64,000 nucleotides of DNA from Klebsormidium nitens (GCA_000708835.1 DF237030.1:124001-188000); one strand, 5' to 3'; counted from the first letter of the stretch, positions 23,773 through 38,700 are shown. The notes: generated by a model from the letters alone, not told the origin. A program made the numbers and translations.

Positions 23773-25870
23773 CCATCCAGCCATTTATATTAAGGATATC
23801 ACCAGGCCCATTTTGGCTTACCGCATATCAAAGTTTGCAACTGAAGAAGCCAATTAGTGACCACCCTCCAATCTGCTGCATCCCTGAGGCTGCATGCATC
23901 GGCGGGATCATCGTTCAATCTTCCTCAAACCTTGTGAACGCCCAAATTGCAGCACTCGCCGAGCTTGTCACATTTTTCGAGAAGGGCCGAAAAGAGGAGA
24001 GCTACCGTCAGGCCGACCTTCACGAGCGATCGCTCTTCCCGCTCGCGCCGCAGATTCTGGGGCTGCTAGAGGCACGCGCGCATTCCGATCTCGAGAGGGC
24101 GGCCGATTTTGTGACGGCCTCGCTGTACGTCCTGTCTGAGATTGTCAATTCGGAAGTATCTAGACAGGCGGAGCTTTCCGAGGTACCTCCGGAAGAAGGC
24201 GTATTAGAGGAGGTGGGAGTTCGGCTGCTGACGTGGCTGAAGCTGCACCTCTCCGCGGTGCGCGGCCGCCAGCTCCTCTTCTTCGCACTCACCACTGTCG
24301 GCCAATGCGCGCACGCCACGTGGGAGTCTCTGGCGGCTATCCTAAACGCGGGGGGGTTTCTCGTCTTTTGCAAGGAGTGCTTTGGCGGCAACTCGCAGCA
24401 GGCGACGCTCGAAGAGACGGAGGAGCTTGCGGAGTGCGTGCTGACGCCCCTCCGAGCGCCACGTGGCGTGCGGGGAGGGGCCGCACAAATCGCGGTGAAA
24501 GAAGCTCTGACGAAGGACGGGATGCTCACGTGGGTCTTCGAGCGCGCGGGGCGCGGGGTTCAACATAGACAAGCGCCCAAGCCTCCTCCCCCTTCTAGCG
24601 CTCTGCCAAAAAGTCCAAGTTGACGTCAGCGCCTTTCTTACGCCCGAGCTGTTTCGCCTTTTCGTCCGGCAGCTGAAGCGCAATTGGCGCGGTTTCCAGG
24701 GCATTCTGCCGACGTACGAAAATGAGAACCTCGCGCTGCGCAAGTTGGGCGGCGAGTTCAACCGGGTCGCGGGGCACGTTCACATTGTCGAGGCAATGCT
24801 CTGCGGCAGTCGGCGGGGCGGGGGTGGGAACTGGGACCCGGGCTACCTCGCGGACGTCCGCGCGGCAGTTTCGCGCGGAACGCGCCGTCCGGCGGCGGAA
24901 AACTTCATGACGTTCTGCGAGGCGGAAGGCGTTCCCGTGTTCGCGTCGCTCGTGGAAGAGCGGAACCGACTGGAGCGGTTTCGAGCCCGGGCGGAACTGG
25001 GGGGGCATGTAATGCCGGAGGCTGCTGACGTGGCGCGGCGGGTGGACGCCGTGTGGGAGCTGGTGGCGGACGCGTTCAGCCTGCATAAGTGCGCCAACTT
25101 TCAGGTACAATCGCTGATTTCTTTTCCTTTTCCTCTAACCTTTTGTTCTTTTCTCGCACATTCGTTTCATTCTAAAGTTGTTTCGTTTTCGTTTCGTCCT
25201 CTGAATCGGTGTTTCCATCCCCTTCCCCCTGGTTCCTCCGTAAAGTCCGCGTTTCTATCCGATCTGTTTTCACTCGTCTCCCTTCCCGTAATGATTTTCT
25301 CTCCTTTCTCTTCGGTCTCCTCTTTGACTTCCTTTACCAGGCCGGTACGTTTTAGCCAGTTTTTCGTTTCCGTGTTTGTACAGCTTTTTGCTCCTCCTCG
25401 AAAAAGGCTGACGTGTCATTGTCTAAGCGTGGTCTAGGATCTTTGACGGCTGGTCGACAACAGTTGACAGAATGCATGCCTGCACTCCGAGGAGCTTCTG
25501 CGAAATCCCAGAGTGGTGAAGGTGATTTGTGATGCTGACCACGCTTACAAAATTTCATTTGGGCACAAAATATCATCGCGATCCAAGCTCTCAATGTTTT
25601 CGTCAGCGGATCTTATTGTGCAGAGTCATCCCCGTTGGGCGTCGACCCGCCTGCTCTGTATGCTAGCAAAGCTCTCTTCCACTTAATTACTCTGCATTTC
25701 AACCATCGACAGCCAGTTTTCCGCTTTCGCAGGCGTGCTCGCGAGTGGAGGACCAGAAGGGAGTATTCATGAGGTGTGGCAGATGTAAATCCGCCCGGTA
25801 CTGCAGCCGAGAATGTCAAAGAGCGCACTGGTTAGCTGGGCACAAATGGGAGTGCCAGTTTTCGGCGTAG
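23773..25870 (+). CDS. Helical-repeat protein with C-terminal MYND zinc finger; +1 frameshift in a G run near 24558
   Basis: Coding-like frame 23773-~24557 switches to the frame of ORF 24745 (FNIDKRPSLLPLLALCQKV...). Donor after 25104 (HKCANFQ) joins exon 25733-25870, ACSRVEDQKGVFMRCGRCKSARYCSRECQRAHWLAGHKWECQFSA*, a complete MYND motif. A possible first exon at 23503-23572 is phase-compatible but low confidence. Confidence 0.7.
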
Positions 25871-26762
25871 GGTAACTACCGTCTGATTATGAAGTGAAAT
25901 TCAGCAAACCTCCAGTTTGAGATACAGTAGTATAGCGAGTCCCCGTATACAAAAATTTTTAGTGACCCACTTTCCGGAGGTCCTGTCAATCATTCGTGCA
26001 GTGCCTGAGACCAGGTAAGGTACATTCCAGCCGCCACATTCCCGGTACTAGCATTACGGCTACTATAGTTTCAGTGACGCATGCCCCTGGCCGAAAGCGA
26101 AGTACTTTACTTGACCTGGCACGAAGTATATCGCTCCTCCTTGTAATGTTTAGATATGATGTTCTTCCTCGAAACATGCAGGTTTCACTCTTCGTTCAGT
26201 TCTTCTGTATGCGATTACAGCCATGCAGCGTGCACGCTGATGCACGCTTGGTCGAGTCAAACTGATTTTTGGAAGAATTTTACATCGGCATAAATCCTGT
26301 TTCCCCGCACGGCCAGGCTCCTCCGATCACATAATGTCTGTAGGCATGCACATGATCTGCATATATCCTGCAGAGTATATACCACAATTGTACAATGTGG
26401 GCGAAGTCGAGGCGCGGACGGTCCTTCAAGATCAATAGATTCATGTTTTTAAGAGTTGAGCTCGATGATATGAACACTTGTACGTCACGGTGTATCAGAA
26501 AAGTTGGACTCAACTGTGCCAAGACTGATACATGGCACCGCACGGTTGCTGATGCAATGATAAGCATGCATACCCGCACGTACGTATCAATGTGGACCAT
26601 TCAATGCGCCAATTTTGACTGCAGCAGCGATTCCGCCAATCTGCCGTTGGTGCAACGTGGGGAAACTTGGAAGTGTTTTTGACAGTGTGGCCAAGTAATC
26701 AACTCCGCGTTCTGCTGTATATAATTCGCAATATATTATTCGCAGAGGCTTCTTTTCAAAAG

Positions 26763-29700
26763 CTACTTCAAATCCTGCACAAGCGCATTCAGTGCCTTGC
26801 TCGACAACCGCACTACCCGTTTCGCAATCTCTTCGACCGGGCCAACTAGATACGCACCACCAAGCAAACCTTCCCCCTCCGCCGCGGAAAGGGCCCTGTT
26901 GAGCCCACGCGCAATCCGCACGTGCTGGGGCAGCTTCCTCTTCAAGTACCGCAGGTACCTCAACAAGGCCTCCGGCGCGCCGTCCCACGTGGCAAGAGCG
27001 GGCGGCACGCGGAGGTACTGCAAAACGAGCGCCCCCGCGAAGCCGTACATCTGACACGCGGCTAGCTCCGCAACGAGACACGAAAAGGCGACCGCCGCGA
27101 GAGGGTTTACGCCGGGGCTTTGGGGACCGTTCGAGAGGAGCAGCTGCTGCTGGTCTCGCGCCAGGGGGGTGACCGCGAGGCACAGCGCACGTAGCAGGTG
27201 CGTCCCCCCCTCGTGGGCGATTTTGGGCAGTAGCTCGTGCGCTAGAACGAGCCCCAGAAGATCCGCATCCACCTTGTCGAACTCTCTTCTCGCTGCGGCC
27301 ACGAAATCCGACACGTGTGGGCACGGTTCAATCTCAGACACCTGTCCGGACTCGCCGCGACTTTCCGACTCCTTCGCTCCTTTCCCCACCCCCGCGCTTT
27401 CCCTTTGGATGTAGCTCGCAGACTCCTTGCGCTCTCCCCCGCTTTTCGTACCCGTCCATGACGTCAGCAAAGACACCGCCCTCTCCGTCTTGTCCGCCAG
27501 AGGTGACATCAGAGCCACTTTCGCTGCGGCCACGCTCCCAATCGTCTCCTCGGCTTCACGTGTCAGCTCCAGGGCCTCCGTGGGGCTGATGACGTCATCG
27601 CCGGTCCAGCGGTCAAGCACGACGAGGGCAGCCCGCGGGGTGCGTGACGTCAGCAACACGGAGAGGAGCAGCTTGGCCGACCTGCACAATGGCCACGTGT
27701 CAGCGGAAAGTGAGATGGACACGTGCCAAGAAAGGCAAGAACGAAACAGCCGACACTACAAGTAGGGCTATATTGTCAAAACGTGTGAAGCAGATAAAGG
27801 GTATTGCGAAAAGCAGGCAGAGCGTAGAATTGACAAGAGCTTCGATTCCATGGTCGCGGAGCCTGTCTTTCAAGTGCCAGAGTCCTGTGCCTATTAGCGA
27901 GCGTCCAAAGATCAGCAGCTTGCTAGTGCTTGCTTCTCACGGAAGCGGAAAAGACGGGTTCATGAGACATAAGAAAGAGCAGACAGTAGCTGCTCGTTTT
28001 CCGCAACAAAATCTGTAAAGCTAACCTGAACAAGTGACCACTATTGGATGTGACGAGACTGAAGACGAAAAACGAAACAGGGCTAACGGATGTACAGCTG
28101 GGGGAAAGAGGTTTCCTAGAGAGTCAAAAGGAATTACATACCGAGTTGCCAAACAACCAGAGATATTTGGGAGCCATCATCAGGGAAACCTGGGGACAAA
28201 TTCGCGGCAGACTCTCACCCGTGGAATCGACTAATCTTCGTCCCTTCTTCTTCACTCTCTTGTTCTGCCGCTGCCTCCGCCCGTCCAACAAGATCGCTTC
28301 CCTTCTTTTCCGCGTCTCGCTCTCCCTCGGACTCCAGAACCGTTGGCTTTTCTTCGTCCCTGCTGCGTTCCCCTTTCTCTTCCGTTTTCACAGAACTAGA
28401 CCCGTCTTGTACAATCGCCTTTCCGTCTTCCTCCTCGGCAGACTTCGCTCCCTCCGACCCTTCCGATGTTTCTGCTCCTTCTTGAATTGCACCTGTTCCT
28501 GCGCCACCCCCCTCTTTTCCCTGCTCAACGCCCCCCCCCGTTTCGGAACCAAACGCCGCCGAGTTCGCCTCCCACAGCCTCAGCAGCCCAAACAACGCCC
28601 CCACCCGCGCCTCAAACACCCCTGCTCCTGACGCTGACTCTTCCCTGACGTCACCCGACTCTGTGCTGATGTCAGCCGACGACCCACCGACGTCAGCGAC
28701 CAGCGTCCGGAACAGCGCCTCGCACGCCGGAACCGTGCTGACGTCATCCACCTCGCGGTCCGGCCACTCCCCCTGCACAATCTCGGCGGTCTTGAGTAGC
28801 AGCAGTGACGTTCTGGGGGGATGAGGCCCCTCGGCATTCGAGCCCGGAACTCCCCCCCCCTGCTTAGTTTCTTCGCTCCCGGGGGGCAGTCGCCAGCCTT
28901 TCCAAACCCGGGGATTGCCCCCCTGCCCCGGTTTGTCTTCCAACGAGTTCAGCAGCTCGAGCGTCCGGATCTTCCTCCGCAGGGGAACGGCCGGATCGTC
29001 CATAAACGCCTTAATCCGCGTCCAAACCTCCCGTCGAACGCTGTCGAGTTCACCCCCGTCTTCGCTGCTTTCTTCGTCAGCTAATCCCGCCAAGACCAAC
29101 TCCAAACCGTCTTGTGAACCCGCCTGCACTGACCCATTTCCGCGACTCAGTGCTTCCTCGAGCGCTGACCGGTAAACGGCCACTAACCCGCCGTTCCTTT
29201 GACCCGTTAACCCACCGGTATGCGCCTCTTCCGGACTTCCCCCCCCCTCACTCTCACTCCGCCCTTCTTCACTTTCTCCTTTTGCTTCCTGCCCGTGAAG
29301 TTCCGTCCACATCTTTTTGACAGGCCGGTAAGGAACCCCGACCAGAACGAGCGCCTTCAAAGCACTGTATCGGACCCCCCCTGGGGATGCCTCACTTTCA
29401 GCTCCGCTCCGAGTACCACTTTCCGGCCAGGACGGAACGGAACGCTCGGCAGCGGCAGCCTGGCTGTCGCTGACGTCACCGCTCTCTTTCACTTCTTTCA
29501 CCGCCTTCAAAACAGCGCCAGCCTCCGCAAAATCTGCCGCTAGTTCCTCAAGCCGTTTGTTTGCCCGCGGGTTCTCAAATGCTGCGGCTTTGAACAGCGC
29601 GCTCGCATCCTCGTAGAGCCGCGTCCGAAGCCTGAGCGCTTCTCCGGGTTCGGACGGACCCCCAGCTTCGTACGCCCACCGCAGGACGTCCGAAAACAGT

Positions 29701-32700
29701 CCCTCCAGGTCCTCCGGCCCCAAGTTTCCGATCGCACCTTTGCTGTCGTCGTAAGCGCTCGCCAGTTCTTGAATCCCAGGCACTTCCTTTTCGCTTCCAT
29801 TTCCGCTTCCGCTCCTGGCCGCTCCCGGGACCGCCACAGATCCCTCTTTGCTGACGTTGTCAGCCTCGGTAATGACGTCAGCAAACCGCCTCCGCACCGC
29901 AGCAAGGTGAATGCGGCCCGGGGTCGCATCGCTCCGCGCCGAGAACGCCCTCTCTAGTTCTTGGACGGTCCCCACCATGGCCTCCGCATTAAGTAGCGTC
30001 ACGTGGCTTTGCACCAGACCCAAAATTCCGCTCAGAGACCCGTTGCGAAACGGCTCTAACAGTGCCTTGAAGTCTGCTTCGGGTGCTGACGGCATGAGGA
30101 TGAGGTTGGCGCACCGGAGAGCGGGAAAGAAGTCTGGGAAGGAGAGCGCTGACCCCGGGGGACTCCAGCTCTTGGCGAAGTCGGTCTGTGCGTCGGGGGG
30201 GAGCTTACGCCAAATGGAGTCCTGGAGACGCCGCGGGTGTGATCATCAGCAATGTAAGCGAACAAGTTTTGGCAGGATAAGACCAGAGGCTCTACAGGTG
30301 GGCTCTTACGCCTTCGCAATTGTCATTTTGTTGGACTCCTCCACTGGCAGTCCGCTGACTCACGACGTATTGAAGTTCTTCCTCCGCTATGCGGAGCAAT
30401 AGGCCTGCTTCACTCTCTCTCTAGGTGGCTGCTTTCAGGTATCCCGCATCGAAGGCTACAATCAACGAGTTTCCATAGACTCTGCAACCCTCAAGAAGGC
30501 TGAAAGTGACGTCCTTTTTGGGAACTCCGCAAAGAAGGGCAATTGAAGCCGCACGAAGATGACGTTCCTATTAGCGCAAAGTGGTGGGAAGAAGAGCTCA
30601 CCATGAGAGAGAACACAAGTGCTAAGCGGTTGTGTCGTGTTCCGCCCAATGCCGGCCAGACGTCTGACGTCAGCGCATGCATCAGCTCCACCTCCCTTCC
30701 ACTTAAGCCCTCTTGACTCTCCCGGACGCCGTAAGCTACGTCCGTATCCGGCCAACTAGACAGAACCAAGGTTTGCACGTGACAAATCAGGACGCGCCAC
30801 GTGTCCACCCCATACCGCTCCGCCAGCGCCAGAGCCTTCCGGAGCGCTGCGCTCTGCTCTTCAAACGTCCTCGTTTCGGGGGGCTGACTCCCCCTGCGTT
30901 CCTGACCCCCTGGAGCGGTGACGAGCGACATAACGAGCTCCTGTTGGTGTTCTTGGTCGCCGCTAGCAAAGCGGTCAATGTCAACTCCCGGCAGAACCCC
31001 CTCCAAACCCTTGGCGTCCTTGAGTGCCGCCAGTCTCGCTCCGTAGTCCAAACCTTTTTTCCTTAACCCTGATTCCGCATCGCTCCCCCCCGCGCTTTCC
31101 TCCGAGGCCCTGTCCGGCTGTTTGCGCATCTTCGCCAGCAGCTCTTCCGTGCTGAGGTGCAGCAGATTCTCGATCTCACGAGGCCCTTTGTCTGCCGCTA
31201 GCGTCAGCGCCTGGATCCCGTAAAAGTGAACCGCCAGCCGAGTCGCTCGTTCCACCTCGGCAAACGCCTGCGCGTGTTGTACCACTTTCTCCACGAACGA
31301 GGCTCCCTCGTCTGGCCCCATCGCTAGCAAACAGCTAAGAGCGACGCTTTCATACTGGTGTCTTGAATGAGCGCTTGCCGGAGCATCCGAAGTTTCCGCC
31401 CCTCCTTCCGAAGCCCGGTCTGTTCCGAGGGCCCACGCGATACCCGCTAACTGTGCCAACAGCTCGTCACTCGCTGCGAGACCAGACTGGCTCAAAGCGG
31501 TGCGGATAAGCATCCCCGCAGAATGCCCTCGCTCTAGTTCGCCAAAGGACACCTCGCCAAGCCTGCTAGCCTTGTCGAAAAGGCACACCTTTGCCAAACC
31601 CGGCAAGTACACGCGAGCGAACGCGACTGCAATGGACGAAATTCCGGCTGAGTCGCTCACTCTCGCGACCTTTCTCAGAATCTCCATCCCGCTTCGGTCT
31701 TCCGGCTTCACATCTGCCGCCGCGCCTGGCGCTCTGAGCAAAACCCTCAAATAACCCTCCTGCAAACCCGTCTCCAATCCCGCCCCTATACCCCGTCTCA
31801 AGACCTCCTCGCACCGTAGCGCCAGATCCACGCCCTCCCAGACCCTCAACAGCTCATCCATCCCCCCGTCTTCCACGTTCGCAATCGCGAACCCCAAGAG
31901 CTTCTTCCGGTCAGCTGGGCCGACGCCCTGTCCGAGATTCTCGGAAGAGGTTCCGCCCGCCCAGTTTCCCATTGCTGCCGCAAGCGCCCAGGCGGGGTGG
32001 TAATTCTCGTCGACCAGCTCGAGGCAGACCGTGAGAGCAAATCGGACGTCACCGGACGCGAAAGCTGCGTCCGCGGCAAGGGACTTGATGCGGCTTTGCT
32101 CGGTGGAAGTGGAGAGGCCGAGTAAAGTTGACACGTGTAGCAGGTCGGGCAACTTCAAGTATGCCTGCGCAACAAGATGATCATTTAAGTACGTACGGCT
32201 TTCAGAGAAGTTAAACCGATCTCATGCGACTAGTGAGGGAGTGCGCACAATAGATGGGGAGCAGAGAGGCAGGGATGGAAAGGCGAGGCTTACTTCGGGG
32301 AAGGAAAGGAGAAGTGAAGACTGCCGTCGAAAAGTGAAAGAATCACAGCACTCACCAGAGTATCATCAAGAACGCAAAGGCGTCTTGACAGGCCTTACAA
32401 AACGAAGGGAAAGGAGATTGCAAAGGACAACAAGAAGAATGGTCCACTGTTATGCGCTGCTAGAGCTGGTCGCAACGTCCCCTTCTTTGAGCTCCTTGTC
32501 CTGCTGCGGTAATTGCAGAAAAGAAGATTGGCGACCATGGTACTCACTACGCCGGACAGGGGACGAAAACCCGCAAACAAGGAACTAACAAAGCACCATT
32601 GGCTTTGCTTGTCGTTCAGCCATTTGCAGCGCCTCCTCTTTGTCCTTGAGCTGCTTGTATTGCAGCGGAGGATAATGATAAATTCGAAGTGCGCCGACCA

Positions 32701-35700
32701 TGAAGCTCTTGAAACCGGACAGAGGACGGAAGAACGACCAAGAAGCTGCTGTTTGCTTACCTTGTCGTGCGCAGCAAGAGCCATTTGCAGCGCCTCTTCC
32801 TTGTCCTTGAGCTGTTTGTACTGTAGCGGGAGGAGCTCGACACCCAGCTTGGGCAGATGAACCGTGAGGGCCTCCATAAGATCGCGGTCAGCGGCCGCGG
32901 CCGCATTGCCAGGTAGCAGGTCCAGGCACTCGCGCGCATGCCGGATGTCGATACTGCCAATAGACACAGGCAAGGATTAATGGGGAGCTCAAAAGGAATC
33001 ACGAGAAGTTCAAGAAACCAACGGCATCGAAAATAAGTTCCTCTCACGTTGCCAGGTAGCAGGTCCAGGCACTCGCGCGCATGCCGGATGTCAATACTGC
33101 AAAAATCCCGAAAAAGAGAATGATTGAGAAAGTTCGCAAAGGATAAACAAGAATGCAAAGAAGAATCTATGAGAGGTTCAAGTAGCAGAATGCTTCAAGA
33201 CGGGATCCTCAAAGGCCCGGAATGGCCTAAAGGGTAGCGACTGGAAAGCAAAGTCTCTTCATAAGCAAGCAATCCTGAGAAGTACTTCCGGAAGAGCGAA
33301 GGTACAAGAAGATCTCAAATGTGCTCTGAGATGTACACGGCGCGGAACGACTGCGTCACATCACTTTCGCAGCTTCTGACCAGCTCGGGTGATGTCAGCA
33401 GCCGTTTCCATCGTTGATGTGTTCCGGAACGAGGAAATCACCCAAAGAATCCCAACCCACTCAACCACCCAGATCTCGACGCGTCAACACTCAAGATCCA
33501 AAACAATTGAGGCCCATTGCGACCGGAAAGATGGTCTGAGAAAATTGACGATATTCCCAACCTGTCAAGCGCCGCCGCCGAGTAGAAGTACTCCCGCGCG
33601 GCCCCCAGGACCAGCGTCTCCGCCTTGTCCGCCAGCAGCGGGGGCCGCTTTTTGCCCCCGGAAACGTACCCCCGGGCGAGCGAAAGCCTCCCCGCCCGCA
33701 GAAGCGCCCGTACGAATTCGGACAGCAGGTACTGGGTGTCCAAAAAGGTGAAGGCGTCCGATTGGAGAGCGGTGAGATCGTTCCAGAGGGCGTCCCATTG
33801 TGCATCCGGGCCGTTGGATCGGGAGGCCCAGGCCAGGAGCCGTCGGATGAGCTGCTTCACACCGGAGGGGTCGGCGTCGCAGGTGAGGAAGAATGCGAGG
33901 GGGCGCGCCATCTGCCGATGGAATCTCAAAAACTTTAGGCAATTGAGTGAAGCGGCACCTGTGAGCGGGCTCCGCCAGTATATCATTCAGTCAACGTTGA
34001 GGAGATTTCGGCTTTTCTGTCGTGTCATGAAGGAAGCTTGAAAAAAGACGCGGAGATATAATTGCCTTGAATGATCACGACTTCTCCATAAGCACAAGGG
34101 CAGGAAGCACACGCGGAAGTCGTCCCCTTAGTTGGGTTCGGTCGCCCATCAGTTCGAAGAGAGGTTTGTCACGGGTTTCTGTCCCTAAGATACGACTTTG
34201 CGTCAAACACTGTATGCTGGAGGTGTTTTCGCAGAGAATCAGCTTCTTGAAATGCTCTTTCGCCAGAACCGCCCAGATATTAGTGTAGCAGCGGCTTAGG
34301 ACAATAAGAAACGTGTCGAGTTTGCACACAAGCGGAGTATCAAACCCCAACGCTACGTCATCACCAAACGCCATACAATAAACCCCCTAGGATGAGTACA
34401 TTACGAATTGCTCAGGAGCGCCAGAAACCACCGATACACTTACCTGTTGCTTCGCCAGAATGCGCCCCGCTCTCACATGCCGCTCCGCCCGCAAAACCCG
34501 TTTCTCCAACCCTTCCAGCCGCTCACGCGCCGCCACGTCAGCACCCGCTGCCACGTCATCACCCAGCTCCTTGTGCCCCGCGTCCTCCTCCAACGCCGCC
34601 CCTTCCTCCCCCTCAAAACTCTCGAGCGCGTTCTCGAACTCGGCAGGGGGGGCGTTTGCACCCGCTGTCTCCCCCCCCGTCCTTGGAAGATTCGCGAGTA
34701 TCTCAGCCATCCCGCCTTCCTCCCCCTTTCCAGGGCCGATCTTCTTTGGCAGCCGCGAGAAAAACCCCGCAACGCCTCGTTGCCCCGCCGCGCGTTCTGC
34801 CGCGCTTTGAAGGAACCCGGCGACTCTTGCGCGCTTGCTGCCCGCAGGACCGAGCGCCAAAGCGGCGATGCTCGGGGCGGGTTGCGGGGGGCTGCCCCCG
34901 ATCATGGCTTGCGGGCCTGCGAGAAGACAAATGCGCATCAGCAACCTTGCAGAATGCGACTTTTAAGACGACAATGTAAGGTAGTCCGTGTCTCCCATTC
35001 CTCTAAGGAGCTTGCTGAAAGACTTTGACTCAGCAGCTGTCGTGCCGTCTTGTTCAGATTGATAGAGGCAACCAGTGTAACTCTAGCTGCGGTCCAGCAA
35101 CTCGGCAAGTCCGTAAAAAGAGCGTGGGGGCAAGGTAAATAGTTCTCTGCCAGGACCAACGCCATCGCTACTGATTATCCTCATAACGCAGTCTAAACTT
35201 GCCTCGACCACCAGAGGGACCACTTGAAAGAGACATCCTTACCTTGCTTGACACCATCTCCCTTCCCGCTGACGCCCTGAGCCCTGGGGCTGCCGCTCGG
35301 TGTCAACGACTTGGGCCTCATCAGGTCACCCAGCAGCGCCGCCATCTCGTCCCAGGCGTCTGTCGCCTGGCAAGTGTAAACGCACTCCAGCGCGGTTTCC
35401 AACACCTGCTCGTGGCTCAGCAGGCGCTTATTCACACCGGAGCCAGGGAGCGCGGTGGAAACAAGCCCCAGCGCCCCTTTCTCGGCCTGCTGCAGCAGCC
35501 ACCTACGGGGGAACGACTCGCTTGGGCTCATACTAGTTGCGTCGCCCCCTGTCTCCGGACTCGCGGTACTCTCGCCAGCTTCTTCCGGCCCGCCAGAACT
35601 TTTAGGCGTTTCCTCCTGCCGTTCAGCCCAGCGCCGGGCCACCCGGTCCGCCGGGCCCTCTAAATGTATCACCACGTCTTCCTTAGTCGCCCCGCTCATA

Positions 35701-38700
35701 ACGTTGCAGTAACGTTCGAACCCGTCCATTCCCAACCACTCTACGAGGCTCAGATCGACCGCTCCCGACGCTTCTTCAGACGCCTTCCCGCTGTAAACGA
35801 CTTCGTACAAGTCTTGTACGTCTTCGGACAGCCGCTCGAGCCCTCGGACGCCCAGATCGGTGCCCAGAGTGAGCAGATACAAGCTGTGTTCCAAAAGGCC
35901 ACTTTTCGAGTCGATCGCCACCGCGCGAGCCTTGTACCACTCAGAGAGCTCGTCGCCCGAAGGCCAAACAAGGCCTTTGCTCAACTTCGCCAGCTCCTCC
36001 GTGCTTTCCGCTGCAGCAGCGGGTAGCGAGCCGCTTTTGATGGCCGCTAAGGTTTCCTCGGATTCGATCCAGTCGGGCCGTCGGGAAGTTGACGCAAGCA
36101 GCGGTCTCGGCCCAGGCAACAGGCTCCGGATGCTATAGGGAACCACAGTCTCGGGCATGGCGTCCAGAACCTCTAGCCAATCCTCAGCCAGGCTGTGGGT
36201 ATGCCGCTTGAGCAGGACCTCTAGAGGCCCTGCGCTGCAAGCCTGCGCAAACTGGACCGCCAGATCCTTTAAGCTTCCCGCCTGGAACGCTGCAAACTTG
36301 TCGGCCGAGAAGCGGTTGTTGTGGATCACCAGAAACGTCGCCAGAAGGTCGCTGCTCCGCAGCAGCTGCAGCCGCCGTTCTCGGAACCACCAGGCTTCCC
36401 CGTCCCCGCTTGACTGTGCCCCCGCAGCCTCGGCCACCTCCGGAACCTCTAGAGCTTCTTCCTCCACCTCCCACCCGTCCCCCTTTTCCGGATACCGCCA
36501 TTTGCCAGTCTCCTGCAGCCCGTACTGCAGTAACGCCCGCATCGCTTCCGCGGTTTTCGGAACCCGTCGCAAACACTCCCCGATAACCCACCGCCGGTCG
36601 CGTATCTTCCCGAGGTTGTCTCCGATGCTCGCGGGACCGAAGTCGGACCGCTCCCAGCGCGCCTTGTACGCGAGATCCGTGTCCAGGCTGTAAAGCTTTG
36701 CGAGGGAAAGCGCCGCGCCATACTCTTCGTGCCGGATGTGCACTGACATCATCTCCAGGGGCGAGCGCTCCACGAGTGACGTCAGCCGCCACGTACGGAT
36801 GGGCGGGGCGAGGGCGTCTGTTCGTCGGAACCAGCCGGAGAGGCGGCCGAGAATGCCGGCCTGAGAGGGCAAGAGAGCACGTTCAATAAACAACTACCCG
36901 ATATTGAGACAAAACCGAAAAATACAACGGGGAGGGACCGCGAAAAGAGCAAACGAGCAGGGATATATTTTTTGGGCGGCCGTCGACTGTCAATCGTAAA
37001 CATAAAGCAAGTGCCACAATTGGATTCCAGGAGCGCAATCAGGCGACCAGAAATTGAGCTCTTGCATACGTCTTAAAGATGCCGCCTACATATGGAAAGG
37101 CGTGACAACAGGATAACCAGTCGAAGACCGAACGATTTTGAAAAACTAATACTCTAGATGGATCGCAGGAGATGAAGGCTGCAAAAACTTGACGAAAGGC
37201 GGCAGCCAGGAGATGTTTAGTGACGAGCTCAGGGCGTCACACGAGCTCATGACGTCACACGCCGACCTTTCATCCATATAATCCAACCTTGAACTTACCA
37301 ACTTTGCGAAAGTCGTTGTCCATCTCAAAAGCATTGCCGATACGACTCCTGACCCGACAAGATATGCTCACCGGCGCAGTCGTCGTGGCTCCTTGCTGCA
37401 CACCCTCATCACGTTTCTCTCTCTCCTCCTCTATCTCCTCGATCCCGTCCAGTACAAAGGCCCTCTTTTTGACAACGCCAGTCACCCGCGGACTGGCTCC
37501 AAACTTCTCGGCAGACTCGCCCAGCATGTTTACAAGGCCCGGAGGCTTGCCCACTGTGACCGCGCCGTCTGCCCGCGACAGGAGCAAAGCATCGTCCGAC
37601 CACCACGCCACATCATGGACGTTCGCACTCGCTTCCGAGCCCCCCGACTGCGAGTTTTCCCCCGCTCCTAGTTGCAGAGGCGATGCAGACTCCCCCGCTG
37701 CTTGCCGTCTGGCAAGGGCCGTTCCGTCGTCGTCATCGGTTCCCGCGCCAATCTGAACCAGAGAAACGGGCCCTTTGCCCTCCGGACCCAAATTCAAGAC
37801 GCGCAGAGACTTCGACGAATCCAGGGTTGACACTTGGCACCCGTCAGGCGAGCAGAGCGCCTTCGGGAGGGCAGGAATTTGCGCCCAGGCGGGCCGGCGC
37901 AGGGTTTCGAAGCGGGAGGGTTTGACGGCGCCGGCAGAGAAGAGGAGACGGTGGAAGGGCGCAGAGGAGGTGAGGTGCCAAACGGACACTGAGAAGGGCA
38001 CACCTGGGAGAAAAAGGGGCTTGCGGTTAGATTGGGCGTCGCATTTATAAGCACACTAGTGAGATTGGGTCCTGAGGGCGGCTTGAAGAGGCCGATTGTA
38101 ACCCGTCCGATGAATTCAAATTAGCTGTTCACACCACCCCTTTTGAGTGCAAGCGCACTTGCTGTGCCCGCTTTAATTCTTAGCGGCAGGACTGAAGGGC
38201 AGAAGGGGCAGAACATTTAGGCGACTGCTTAGACAAAACGTATGCAGTCCAATGTTGGTGGAACCCTGAGGACCCTCTGCAGGACAGAGGAAACACAATC
38301 CAAGTGTATGCTAGCCTTGACGAGTGGCTCTGGGCTTTGTTGCTGAGATATGAGAACACTGAGCGGATGCTCACAAGGCCACCCAACCGCTTGGTACACT
38401 CGACATTAGCTGACCCCCTTTTCTTCTTGACTTGCGTAAGGAACATCATTTGCGTCTCATTGACCAGAAACACAGGGTGCCAAACATTCAAACCCGCTTT
38501 ACTCAAGAGTCAGACATCAGCGAATCTTCAGATTGTCAAACAAAAAATCGATCTTATGTCACTTAATGTGAAACTCACTCTGTCCAGAGGCGTCGGTGAA
38601 GCATCCTGGCCCCAGCACTGTCGCCGTTGACTGGCTCGCACAGTAGGCGAGGCAGAATGCCCCTTTTGGGTGCTGTTCGCGCATGTCGATTTGAGGCCGG

